Below are positions 7,732-14,842 of a stretch of 32,000 nucleotides of DNA, piece by piece (positions within the stretch are counted from its first letter, which is position 1; every line of letters begins with the position of its first letter). Below the pieces are notes generated by a model, which searched no databases, was not told the DNA's origin, and saw only the letters and a list, made by a program, of their open reading frames with translations. The position numbers and the translations under genes were made by a program. Source of the stretch: Candidatus Iainarchaeum sp. (lineage in GTDB: Archaea; Iainarchaeota; Iainarchaeia; Iainarchaeales; JAZDEL01); NCBI GenBank assembly GCA_043808785.1, contig JAZDEL010000010.1:30001-62000 (forward strand), read 5' to 3'.

Positions 7732-8457
7732 ATGAAGCCGGATGGGATATGGGGGCTGCCTGTCTCTGCGAATGGGGGGCGCAACCTGCTGATTTCAGTC
7801 GCGGTTGCATTTTTTTTGTATTCCTTTGTTTTCTGGCAGGATTACCCGCTCCTCGACAACGGCAATGCGCCGCAGATTGGCCCCGAAGGCGCCGAGGTCA
7901 AGGTGGTTGTTTTTGTGGATTATGCCTTCTTCGGAAATGTAATGTTTGTGCGGGGCGCGCTGGAGCCGCTGATTAAAGAGTATAATGGCCGCGCCAGCTT
8001 CGTGTTCAGGGTTCTTCCAGCGGACCGCAAGTGCAACCCAGAAACCGATTCGGAAACCGCTTCCTGCGCTTTGGCTGAGGCGTTGTTCTGCTCCCGCGAG
8101 CAGGGGCTGTATTTTGCATATGCCAATGCTGTAATGGATTTCATGGCTGCCGGCGCAATGAGCCTGCCCGAAAGCGCCCGCCCGTCGATAGTCCACAATT
8201 TCTCGGGGCAAGAGCTGGATTATCTGGCGGTGCAGGCGGGGCTTGACAAAGAAAAATTTGCGGCATGCATTAAAGAGCACAACGCCGGGCAGGAAATACG
8301 CAACAATGCCATAGCGGGCAGGCTCTATTATTTGGAGCGCACCCCCCACGTGCTGGTTAATCACAGGGTTGTCAATTTCCGCAAGGGGATAAGCATAAAT
8401 GAGTCCTATCTTCTGCTGAGAAGCGCAATAGAAAAGGAGCTGCAGGGCCATGCCTGA
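7732..8457 (+). CDS. membrane-anchored DsbA/BdbD-like thioredoxin-fold protein, CxxC absent (copy 2)
   Basis: ORF 7654..8457 trimmed to ATG 7732 by alignment with copies 1 and 3 and by the TATA position. The CxxC position reads VVFVDYAFFGNVMF. Loop ERTPHVLVN; C-terminus IEKELQGHA. Confidence 0.65.
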   Translation: MKPDGIWGLPVSANGGRNLLISVAVAFFLYSFVFWQDYPLLDNGNAPQIGPEGAEVKVVVFVDYAFFGNVMFVRGALEPLIKEYNGRASFVFRVLPADRKCNPETDSETASCALAEALFCSREQGLYFAYANAVMDFMAAGAMSLPESARPSIVHNFSGQELDYLAVQAGLDKEKFAACIKEHNAGQEIRNNAIAGRLYYLERTPHVLVNHRVVNFRKGISINESYLLLRSAIEKELQGHA

Positions 8458-9616
8458 GCAAAAACCACTCGTGAATTTTTCGGATTTCCTGCGCGGCAAC
8501 AGCCGCATGGCGCTTCTCGCCCTTGCGCTCATTTTCATCCTTGCGCTCGGCCTGCGCATCTACGGCATATCTGAAAAGATTGAAGCGCCGGACGAGAACC
8601 TGACCCTTGCGGAATTGAGCAGGTTTACCCCCGCGCCTGTTGAGGGCGCAGCCTTTGATTTCAACCCCCCGCTCTACTACTTCCTTGTTGCGCCGGCATA
8701 CCTCCTCGCCCCGGGCCTTGCCTCGGTGCGCCTGATGGGCGCGCTCTTCGGCGCCCTTACAGTGCTTGTTATTTTCTTCCTCGCAAGGGAATTCATGGGT
8801 GAAAACAAATCCCTCCTTGCCGCATTCCTCTTCGCCATCTACCCTTACTCCATTGTTTATTCCCAGCAGGCGAGGAACTATGCCCTCGCCGCGCTGCTGT
8901 TTTCGGTTTCCCTCATTTTGTGGGCCAGGCTGATGAAAGGAAAAGGGCAGCCGTGGCATCTCGCCGCTGTTTATGCAGCAATGCTCTATGCCCACTACTT
9001 CCTTATATTCGGCATAATCGGCCAGGCTGCGGTAACATTGCTGCTGAAAATGAGGGGCAAAGCCCCTGATTTCGGGAAGTTTGTTAAGGTAGCCGCGATT
9101 GCGGCAGCATTGTCAATCCCCCTATTTTTCATTCTTGCTTCACAGTATGGGTATAGCGGGATGTCGAAAAGCACCCCGTCCATTGACCCGCGCTTTGTCC
9201 TGAATTACCCGCGCCACGGCATAGGGCTGGATTACGGTTTTAATTTCAATTCCGTATACGGCATTTTCGGTGCGCCAATACCGAGGCTTATTTTGCCGAT
9301 TCTTGCGGCATGGGCGCTGGCGCTGGCAGGCATGCGGATGCTCCTGAAAAAGGGGGGCGGCATGCCCGCGCTTGTAAAATTGTATTTTGCCATCCTTCTT
9401 ATTGTAGTTCTTGCAGGTTTCGCTTCCCCCCCGCTTGCCCGCCCGCAGTACATATTCTTTACAACGCCCCTTTTCATCCTGTTCATCGCCAGGGGCGCGG
9501 ATTACGAACGGCTGCCGCTTGCAATGCTCTTCTGCATTTTGGTTCTCGGCTGGCTGCAGGCGATATTGTTCTATTATTCCCACTTGCCCGACCTGCACTA
9601 TATCGGCCTCCCTTAA
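8450..9616 (+). CDS. GT-C fold membrane glycosyltransferase, PMT_2/ArnT-like (copy 2)
   Basis: APDEN, FNPPLYYFL, IYPYSIVYSQQARNY, LFYYSHLPDLHYIGLP. Confidence 0.65.
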   Translation: MPEQKPLVNFSDFLRGNSRMALLALALIFILALGLRIYGISEKIEAPDENLTLAELSRFTPAPVEGAAFDFNPPLYYFLVAPAYLLAPGLASVRLMGALFGALTVLVIFFLAREFMGENKSLLAAFLFAIYPYSIVYSQQARNYALAALLFSVSLILWARLMKGKGQPWHLAAVYAAMLYAHYFLIFGIIGQAAVTLLLKMRGKAPDFGKFVKVAAIAAALSIPLFFILASQYGYSGMSKSTPSIDPRFVLNYPRHGIGLDYGFNFNSVYGIFGAPIPRLILPILAAWALALAGMRMLLKKGGGMPALVKLYFAILLIVVLAGFASPPLARPQYIFFTTPLFILFIARGADYERLPLAMLFCILVLGWLQAILFYYSHLPDLHYIGLP

Positions 9617-9734
9617 TGGCGATACGCATGGGCTGCACGGAGTTTTCGGCGATAATCCCCGCAGGCAACGGAAATGCCATGCTTTTAACAATAGTTATGG
9701 ACACACATAGTTTTTGGCAGGGGGGCGTGCAGGC

Positions 9735-10424
9735 ATGGAATTGAGCGAAAAACACGTCTTCTTTATTTCCGCGCTCGCGGTTATCGTTCTCTATTCCTTT
9801 GTTTTCTGGCAGGATTATCCGCTTCTTGACAACAGCCGCGACCCGCAGGTGGGCCCGCAGAATGCCGCGGTTGACGTGGTTATATTTGCGGATTATTCCA
9901 CCTCCCGCAGCGCGGCATTTCTTTCGGAAGTAATGTGGCCCCTTATCGAGGAGTACAGGGGCCGCGTGCGCTTCGTCTTCAAGATGTTTCCCATGGACAA
10001 GCGGTGCAACCCCGAAGTGATTTCAATGCTCCCTTCCTGCGATTTTGCCGAGGCATTGTTATGCGCAGATGCGCAGGGGGGATTTGAAGCATACAGCAAG
10101 GCCGCGGCGAAACTTGTTCTTGAGGACATGAACAGCCTGCCCGGGGGCTTGACCCCCGGCGTGCATGTTTTTTCAGAGCGCGAATTGTACTCTTTGGCGG
10201 GGCAGGCGGGGCTGGATAAAGAAGAATTTGCGGTTTGCATTAAGCAGCACGGCTCGGCAGGGCAAATACGCGACAATGCCATGGAGAGCCGCCTGTATTA
10301 TATTTCCGCTACCCCCGCAGTGCTTGTCGGCTATATGCGCATTTCGGGTGCCGACCTGTCTGCGGAAGATTTTAATGTTCTGCTGAAGAACGGCATAGAA
10401 AAGGAGCTGAGCAGGCATGCGTAA
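9735..10424 (+). CDS. membrane-anchored DsbA/BdbD-like thioredoxin-fold protein, CxxC absent (copy 3)
   Basis: ORF 9714..10424 begins at TTG; ATG 9735 (MELSEKHVFFISALAVIVLYSFVFWQDYPLLDN) is preferred. The CxxC position reads VVIFADYSTSRSAAF. Loop SATPAVLVG; C-terminus IEKELSRHA. Confidence 0.6.
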   Translation: MELSEKHVFFISALAVIVLYSFVFWQDYPLLDNSRDPQVGPQNAAVDVVIFADYSTSRSAAFLSEVMWPLIEEYRGRVRFVFKMFPMDKRCNPEVISMLPSCDFAEALLCADAQGGFEAYSKAAAKLVLEDMNSLPGGLTPGVHVFSERELYSLAGQAGLDKEEFAVCIKQHGSAGQIRDNAMESRLYYISATPAVLVGYMRISGADLSAEDFNVLLKNGIEKELSRHA

Positions 10425-11643
10425 AAAAAGTCATTTTAGAGGGGGGTCCGATGCGGAGGAGCCGCACGAGGGGGAGTCAGATGCAGGAAAGCCTGTCGCC
10501 GGCCTGCCGGGTTTTTTGCGCGGCAACAGCCGCAGGGCGCTTCTCGCGCTCGCGCTTATTTTCATCCTCGGCCTCGGGCTGCGCCTTTACGGCATTTCCG
10601 AGAAAATCCAGGCGCCTGACGAGGATGTGACCCTCGCACGGTTGAGCGGTTTTACCGCGGCGCCGGTGGAAAGCCCTGCCCCAGATTTCAACCCCCCCTT
10701 ATACTACCTCCTTGTGGCGCCCGCATACCTGATAGCGCCCGGCCTCGCATCCGTGCGCCTGATGGGCGCACTCTTCGGCGCCCTTACAGTGCTTGTTATT
10801 TTCTTCCTTGCAGGGGAATTCATGGGTGAAAACAAATCCCTCCTTGCCGCATTCCTCTTCGCCATCTACCCTTACTCCATTGTTTATTCCCAGCAGGCGA
10901 GGAACTATGCCCTTGCAGTGCTGCTTTTTGCCATTGCAACCCTCTTTTGGGTAAGGTTCCTGAAGGGGAAAAACAGCGCCAGGGCGCTGCTCCCCATCTA
11001 TGCCGCAATGCTTTACACGCACTACGTGCTGATTTTTGGCGTACTTGCCCACGCCGCAATCACCTTTTTCCTTAAGGGCAGCAGCGGCGCGGAAAGCAGG
11101 AAATACCTCTTTTCGGTTGCGGTTGTTGCGCTCCTAGCGGTTCCGCTGCTCCTGCTTATTGTGATGCAAGGCGGGCAAACCGGGCTGTCAAATTCTGCAG
11201 CGGCATCATTCGACAGCCGCGCCGTGCTTAATTACTTCAGGCAGGGGGTCGGAATCGATTATGGCTTCTACTTCGGCAACGCCTACGGCATCTACGGAAG
11301 GCCGGTGCCCAAGTTCATGGTGCCTGCAGCCGCGTGCTGGGCATTGGTATTTTTGGGCCTGTTTGCCCTCTGGAGAAAAAGGGAGGACTTCTTCATTCTT
11401 GCCGGCACATATTTCCTGGTTGCGTTCGTTGCCCTTGTTGGAGGCATGTTCTCCACCTTTCTTGCGCAGCCCCACTACCTGCTTTTCATAACCCCCGTCT
11501 TCCTGCTGTTCATTGTGCGCGGCACAAATTTCAAATCCATCCCCCGCACGGTTCTTTTCCTGCTGGTTGTGGGCGGCTGGCTGCAGGCAATATTGTTTTA
11601 TTATTCCCACTTGCCCAACCTCCATTATATCGGCCTCCCTTAG
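10417..11643 (+). CDS. GT-C fold membrane glycosyltransferase, PMT_2/ArnT-like (copy 3, acidic N-terminal extension)
   Basis: APDED, FNPPLYYLL, IYPYSIVYSQQARNY, LFYYSHLPNLHYIGLP. Extra N-terminal segment SDAEEPHEGESDAGKP. Confidence 0.65.
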   Translation: MRKKSHFRGGSDAEEPHEGESDAGKPVAGLPGFLRGNSRRALLALALIFILGLGLRLYGISEKIQAPDEDVTLARLSGFTAAPVESPAPDFNPPLYYLLVAPAYLIAPGLASVRLMGALFGALTVLVIFFLAGEFMGENKSLLAAFLFAIYPYSIVYSQQARNYALAVLLFAIATLFWVRFLKGKNSARALLPIYAAMLYTHYVLIFGVLAHAAITFFLKGSSGAESRKYLFSVAVVALLAVPLLLLIVMQGGQTGLSNSAAASFDSRAVLNYFRQGVGIDYGFYFGNAYGIYGRPVPKFMVPAAACWALVFLGLFALWRKREDFFILAGTYFLVAFVALVGGMFSTFLAQPHYLLFITPVFLLFIVRGTNFKSIPRTVLFLLVVGGWLQAILFYYSHLPNLHYIGLP

Positions 11644-11653
11644 CGGTGTTTTT

Positions 11654-12385
11654 ATGAAGCCGGAATATTCCGTCATTATTCCCGCAAGAAACGAGGAAGA
11701 GACGATAGCCCCGGCTATCGGCGCGCTCCGCAAAACGCTGAAGGGCAATTACGAGATAATAGTCGTGAACGATTCCTCCGCAGACAACACCGCGGGAATT
11801 GTTGCGCGCCTTGAAGGGGCAAGGCGTTCCATCCGCCTTGTTCATTCCGAGAAGAGGGGTTTCGCAAATGCGCTCCTGCGCGGCATTGCCGCGTCGCGTT
11901 CGCAGGCCGTGGTGCCTGTAATGGCCGACCTGTGCGACAGGCCAGAAGACGTAAACCTGATGTTTGGAAAGATGGCGGAAGGATACGGCATTGTGTGCGC
12001 TTCCCGCTACATGAAGGGCGGCAGGCGCATAGGCGGTTCGCGCGCAAAGGCATTTTTTTCCTGGTTTGTGGGGCTCCTCTTCAACAGGCTTATAGGGGTG
12101 CCGACTGCGGACTCCACAAACTCGTTCAAGATGTACAGGAAGGATGTTTTGAGGAAGGTTCTGCCGAAACTGCTGAAGGGCGGCAGTTTCAGTTTTTCGC
12201 TCGAGGTGACAATGCTTGCCTACTTCAGCGGATTCCGCATAACCGAACTCCCCACTGTTTGGAGGGAGCGGAGCGAGGGCGTGTCAAAGTTTAACGTGCC
12301 CAACATGGCGCCGGAGTACTTTTCCGTATTTCTGGATGCCTTGAAGAGGAAACTGCAGGTTCTTGCGGGCGGGCGCGAGGCATGA
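11654..12385 (+). CDS. GT2 glycosyltransferase, polyprenyl/dolichyl-phosphate sugar synthase (Dpm1)-like
   Basis: ORF 11513..12385 trimmed to ATG 11654 (MKPEYSVIIPARNEEETI); the extension overlaps the upstream gene. Motifs: IIVVNDSSADNT, VMADLCDRPEDV, ASRYMKGG, DSTNSFKMYRKDVL. Confidence 0.7.
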   Translation: MKPEYSVIIPARNEEETIAPAIGALRKTLKGNYEIIVVNDSSADNTAGIVARLEGARRSIRLVHSEKRGFANALLRGIAASRSQAVVPVMADLCDRPEDVNLMFGKMAEGYGIVCASRYMKGGRRIGGSRAKAFFSWFVGLLFNRLIGVPTADSTNSFKMYRKDVLRKVLPKLLKGGSFSFSLEVTMLAYFSGFRITELPTVWRERSEGVSKFNVPNMAPEYFSVFLDALKRKLQVLAGGREA

Positions 12386-12471
12386 TGCGTAAGATGCATG
12401 CCCTTGCGGGCAGGCGCTTGGCATGATGTGCAGGCTGCAGGTTCTCGCAGGCAGGTGCTTGGCATGATGTG
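12352..12471 (+). repeat. three imperfect tandem 40-41-nt repeats spanning a gene junction
   Basis: Units at 12352-12390, 12391-12430 and 12431-12471. Core is cttgcgggcaggcgcttggcatgatgtg. The ATGA tetranucleotide recurs at 12382, 12423 and 12464 (exactly 41 nt apart). Confidence 0.8.
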
Positions 12472-13579
12472 CGCTTGCCCGAAAGCCGCCGCGCATAAGG
12501 GCGGGCAGGCCCGGGCAAAAGTAACCGTTCTGCGGAAATGCAAAGGCTGCACCTATTCCCCGCCGGCGCGCGCGTCATACTCGTCCGGGCAGCTTTCCAC
12601 GACAGGGCTCTGCCTGCAGGCATTGCACACCGCATTCCCTTACATTCTCACACTCGGCAACGGCGGCAATTTCGGCTGGGAGCGCGAGGGCAGGGTTTTT
12701 GCGCAGTGCCCAGGCCCCGACGGCAGGGTGGATATGCGCATAACGGGGGAAAGCGTAACCGTTTCCGCGCTGGAGGGCGTTTGCCGCGCAAAGCACAAAG
12801 TCGGCGGGCATTTTCACGTTTCCCAAAAAGGCGGCTTCTGCCTGCGCGCCTTCGATTCCGTTTTCCCGTACCTGCTTCTTGCAATGCGCAGCGGCGGAAG
12901 TGCCCGCAGTTACGGGGTTTCCTGCCCGCATCCCGGGGGCGCGGTTTTCGAAATATCCCGCGCAGGCAGGAAAAGGCTCGGGAAAGGCGCAAGGCGCAAA
13001 AAATCCGCGGAACCTGTCTGCGGCACGGCATCCCCTTTCGCGGTAAGCGTTGCCTCAATGTCGAAGAGGTGCGGCAAATACCATCCGAAGCAGGGGGAGG
13101 TTTTTGATGCCTTGCGCCTCGCGCCCAAAGGGCTCTGCCTGCACGCATACCATGTTCTCTACCCTTACGCCCTTGCGCTGCTTTACGGCGCCGATCTTTC
13201 AGCCCTGGGTTCGGGGGGGCGTGGCTCGGTTGTTGTCCGCTGCCCGAACGGCGCGGCAACCTTCGAGGTTTGCCGCAGCGGCAAAAAGGGGAAAAAGGCG
13301 ATTGCACTGCTTAACAGGATTTCCAAAGAAATCCGCCCTGTGGACCTGCCGCTCTACGGCATTTCGATGCGCGTTGTTTCCGTGCACGGGCACTGCCCGC
13401 AGAAGCACCGTGCCGGCGAGAAGTTCGGGCTGAAGGAGTTCAACATCCTTGGCAGGAAAGAGCTCTGCCCGGCGGGGTTTGATGCCGTGTTCCCGCTCAT
13501 GTTTGCGCCGAGGGGGGCAAAACTGCGCGCGCGCTGCCCGGATTCTGGGGCAAACGTGGTTTATGAAGCGGAACAGTGA
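12464..13579 (+). CDS. protein with four tandem TIGR04076-like Cys-containing domains, function unknown
   Basis: Four repeats of about 70-80 aa at roughly nt 12518-12748, 12752-12961, 13037-13276 and 13361-13573. Each has the pattern C...G..F...(G)(L/F)C..A...(F/Y)P(Y/L)......G........CP....(A/V).(F/V). Domain 1 carries GNGGNFGWEREG...QCPGPDGRV, typical of the roughly 90-aa TIGR04076 family as I recall it. Start is ATG 12464 (MMCACPK) or in-frame ATG 12398. Confidence 0.55.
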   Translation: MMCACPKAAAHKGGQARAKVTVLRKCKGCTYSPPARASYSSGQLSTTGLCLQALHTAFPYILTLGNGGNFGWEREGRVFAQCPGPDGRVDMRITGESVTVSALEGVCRAKHKVGGHFHVSQKGGFCLRAFDSVFPYLLLAMRSGGSARSYGVSCPHPGGAVFEISRAGRKRLGKGARRKKSAEPVCGTASPFAVSVASMSKRCGKYHPKQGEVFDALRLAPKGLCLHAYHVLYPYALALLYGADLSALGSGGRGSVVVRCPNGAATFEVCRSGKKGKKAIALLNRISKEIRPVDLPLYGISMRVVSVHGHCPQKHRAGEKFGLKEFNILGRKELCPAGFDAVFPLMFAPRGAKLRARCPDSGANVVYEAEQ

Positions 13580-13630
13580 ATCAATCCCCGCGCATTTGCA
13601 AAGCCTGAAGAACTCTGGAATAACAGAAAC

Positions 13631-13673
13631 AAAACGCGCTGCCGCCGCCCGCGTTTTTGCGCCCGCGGTTTTT
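13631..13673. terminator. hairpin plus T-runs between convergent genes
   Basis: aaaacgcg-(11 nt)-cgcgtttt inverted repeat at 13631-13658, followed by T5 runs at 13654-13658 and 13669-13673. Lies between stops at 13579 (+) and 13695 (-). Confidence 0.4.
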
Positions 13674-13694
13674 ATGCGCCCCTTCGCAGGCAGT

Positions 13695-14741
13695 TCACCC
13701 GCGGTTTCCGAGAAGTACCGCCTTTGCCGCATTAAAAAGCGCGCGCCTCTCGAGGCCGAGGATTGCGCACGCCTCGACGTCCCCGTTCGCGTGGCAGGAG
13801 TAGCACCCCCTCTCCGCAAGGTTATCCCACGCCTTTTCAAACCCTGCATCGCGCATGTTAATCCCGCGCTTCCACATTGCGGGGCAGCCGTAAATGCCGC
13901 CGTCAGAATCTATCCAGCAGCTGAGCGTGCCCACATTGCATTTCATAACTTTCGAAAGGTCGTATTTAGCCTTGTCCTTTTTGTAGATGACGTCGCTGTC
14001 TTTTGCAGGCCAGTTCAGCACGTGGTCGAAGAAAGCGTCGGAGTTCAGCACCTTGTGCCCGCGCCTCTTCATTTCCCCGAGCCTGGCGAAGAATTTGCTT
14101 GTTTCCGCGGGCGTAACCACAAAATCGCCGATCCTTGCCTCGTCCGTCGCCTGGTACTGCGAGTAATTGAACGCCGCGCCGTATTTTTTCGCCAGTTCCG
14201 CTAATTCATCCAGCGAGCCGATGCTGTATTTCGTCAGCACCGCGTGCAGCCTTAAGTTTGCGCCCGCAAGGTGTGCGGCTTCAATCGCCTCCAGCGCCCT
14301 GTCATAAGTTCCCTTTCCCCTGCACTTCTCTGTTGCACGCCTGTTGCCGTCGATGCTTATGCAGACCGAGTGCACCTTCTTCAGCAGCGGCAGGTGCTGC
14401 TTGAGCAGGGTGCCGTTAGTGACAAGCTCCACGATTATGTTCTTCTCCGCAAACTTGTCTACAATCCTGTAAATGTCCTTCCTCATGAGCGGCTCCCCGC
14501 CGACAACGCGCACCCACCTCGTGCCCATTGTAGCGAGCTTGTCTATAAGCGCGAGTATTTCCTCGGTGCTCAGCTCTTCCTTGTCCCTGAGGCTTTCAAG
14601 GTCGGCGTAGCAGTAGCCGCACCGCAGGTTGCAGTGCTTGGTTATCTGGAAGTTCACGTAGAGCGGCTTCCTTGCCCCCGTCAGCCTGCAATACAAAATT
14701 TCAAAAAACAGCGCCGTGCCCGCGGTCAATGGATTTGCCAT
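13695..14741 (-). CDS. radical SAM / SPASM-domain protein
   Basis: ORF 13695..15200 trimmed to ATG 14741 (MANPLTAG); the extension is antisense to the SDR gene and promoter. Motifs: ITKHCNLRCGYCYAD (CxxxCxxC), VVGGEPLM, and a C-terminal Cys-rich region KCNVGTLSCWIDSDGGIYGCP...RGCYSCHANGDVEAC. Confidence 0.75.
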   Translation of the reverse strand: MANPLTAGTALFFEILYCRLTGARKPLYVNFQITKHCNLRCGYCYADLESLRDKEELSTEEILALIDKLATMGTRWVRVVGGEPLMRKDIYRIVDKFAEKNIIVELVTNGTLLKQHLPLLKKVHSVCISIDGNRRATEKCRGKGTYDRALEAIEAAHLAGANLRLHAVLTKYSIGSLDELAELAKKYGAAFNYSQYQATDEARIGDFVVTPAETSKFFARLGEMKRRGHKVLNSDAFFDHVLNWPAKDSDVIYKKDKAKYDLSKVMKCNVGTLSCWIDSDGGIYGCPAMWKRGINMRDAGFEKAWDNLAERGCYSCHANGDVEACAILGLERRALFNAAKAVLLGNRG

Positions 14742-14763
14742 AGGGAATAACACCCCCGCTGTC

Positions 14764-14842
14764 TTTAAAAAAGTATGCGGGCTTGTGCATTTATGCTGGG
14801 GCTTTGGGTTTAAAAAAATATGCGGGGTTGTGTATTTTATGC
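14764..14842. promoter_or_regulatory. divergent promoter with tandemly duplicated (45-nt period) TATA-box/start module
   Basis: tttaaaaaagtatgcgggcttgtgcatttatgc (14764-14796) and tttaaaaaaatatgcggggttgtgtattttatgc (14809-14842). The second copy ends in SDR start ATG 14839. The first A/T box is centred about 27 nt from the rSAM/SPASM ATG at 14741. Confidence 0.45.

Larger units (their letters stand above)
5739..11643 (+). repeat. tandem triplication of a two-gene module (DsbA-fold protein lacking CxxC + GT-C glycosyltransferase), period about 2.0 kb
   Basis: Module copies at 5739-7599, 7732-9616 and 9735-11643. Proteins align along their full length. Each pair has an 8-nt overlap (atggctga 6436-6443, atgcctga 8450-8457, atgcgtaa 10417-10424). 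Confidence 0.85.

Noticed and set aside
5739-11643. The 2-kb periodic repeat as an assembly artefact or simple recent duplication.
   Set aside because: The copies are substantially diverged at both nucleotide and protein level outside the short conversion tracts. They also have distinct intergenic regions and N-termini, which argues for genuine old paralogs. Read-level confirmation is still advisable.
12352-12471. Possible CRISPR array or RiPP precursor peptides (the two 14-aa mini-ORFs) near the radical SAM/SPASM gene.
   Set aside because: There are only three contiguous, imperfect units with no spacers, so this is not a CRISPR array. The mini-ORFs are by-products of duplicating a stop/start junction. 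They lie about 1.2 kb away from the rSAM gene and on the opposite strand, and they lack any leader/core organisation.
13695-14741. Radical SAM/SPASM protein as an anaerobic sulfatase-maturating enzyme acting on the two alkaline-phosphatase-superfamily proteins.
   Set aside because: The two AlkP-family proteins show NPP-type signatures (SPV...TG..HG, SDHG). I found no sulfatase (C/S)xPxR formylglycine motif in either, so the link is not supported by sequence.
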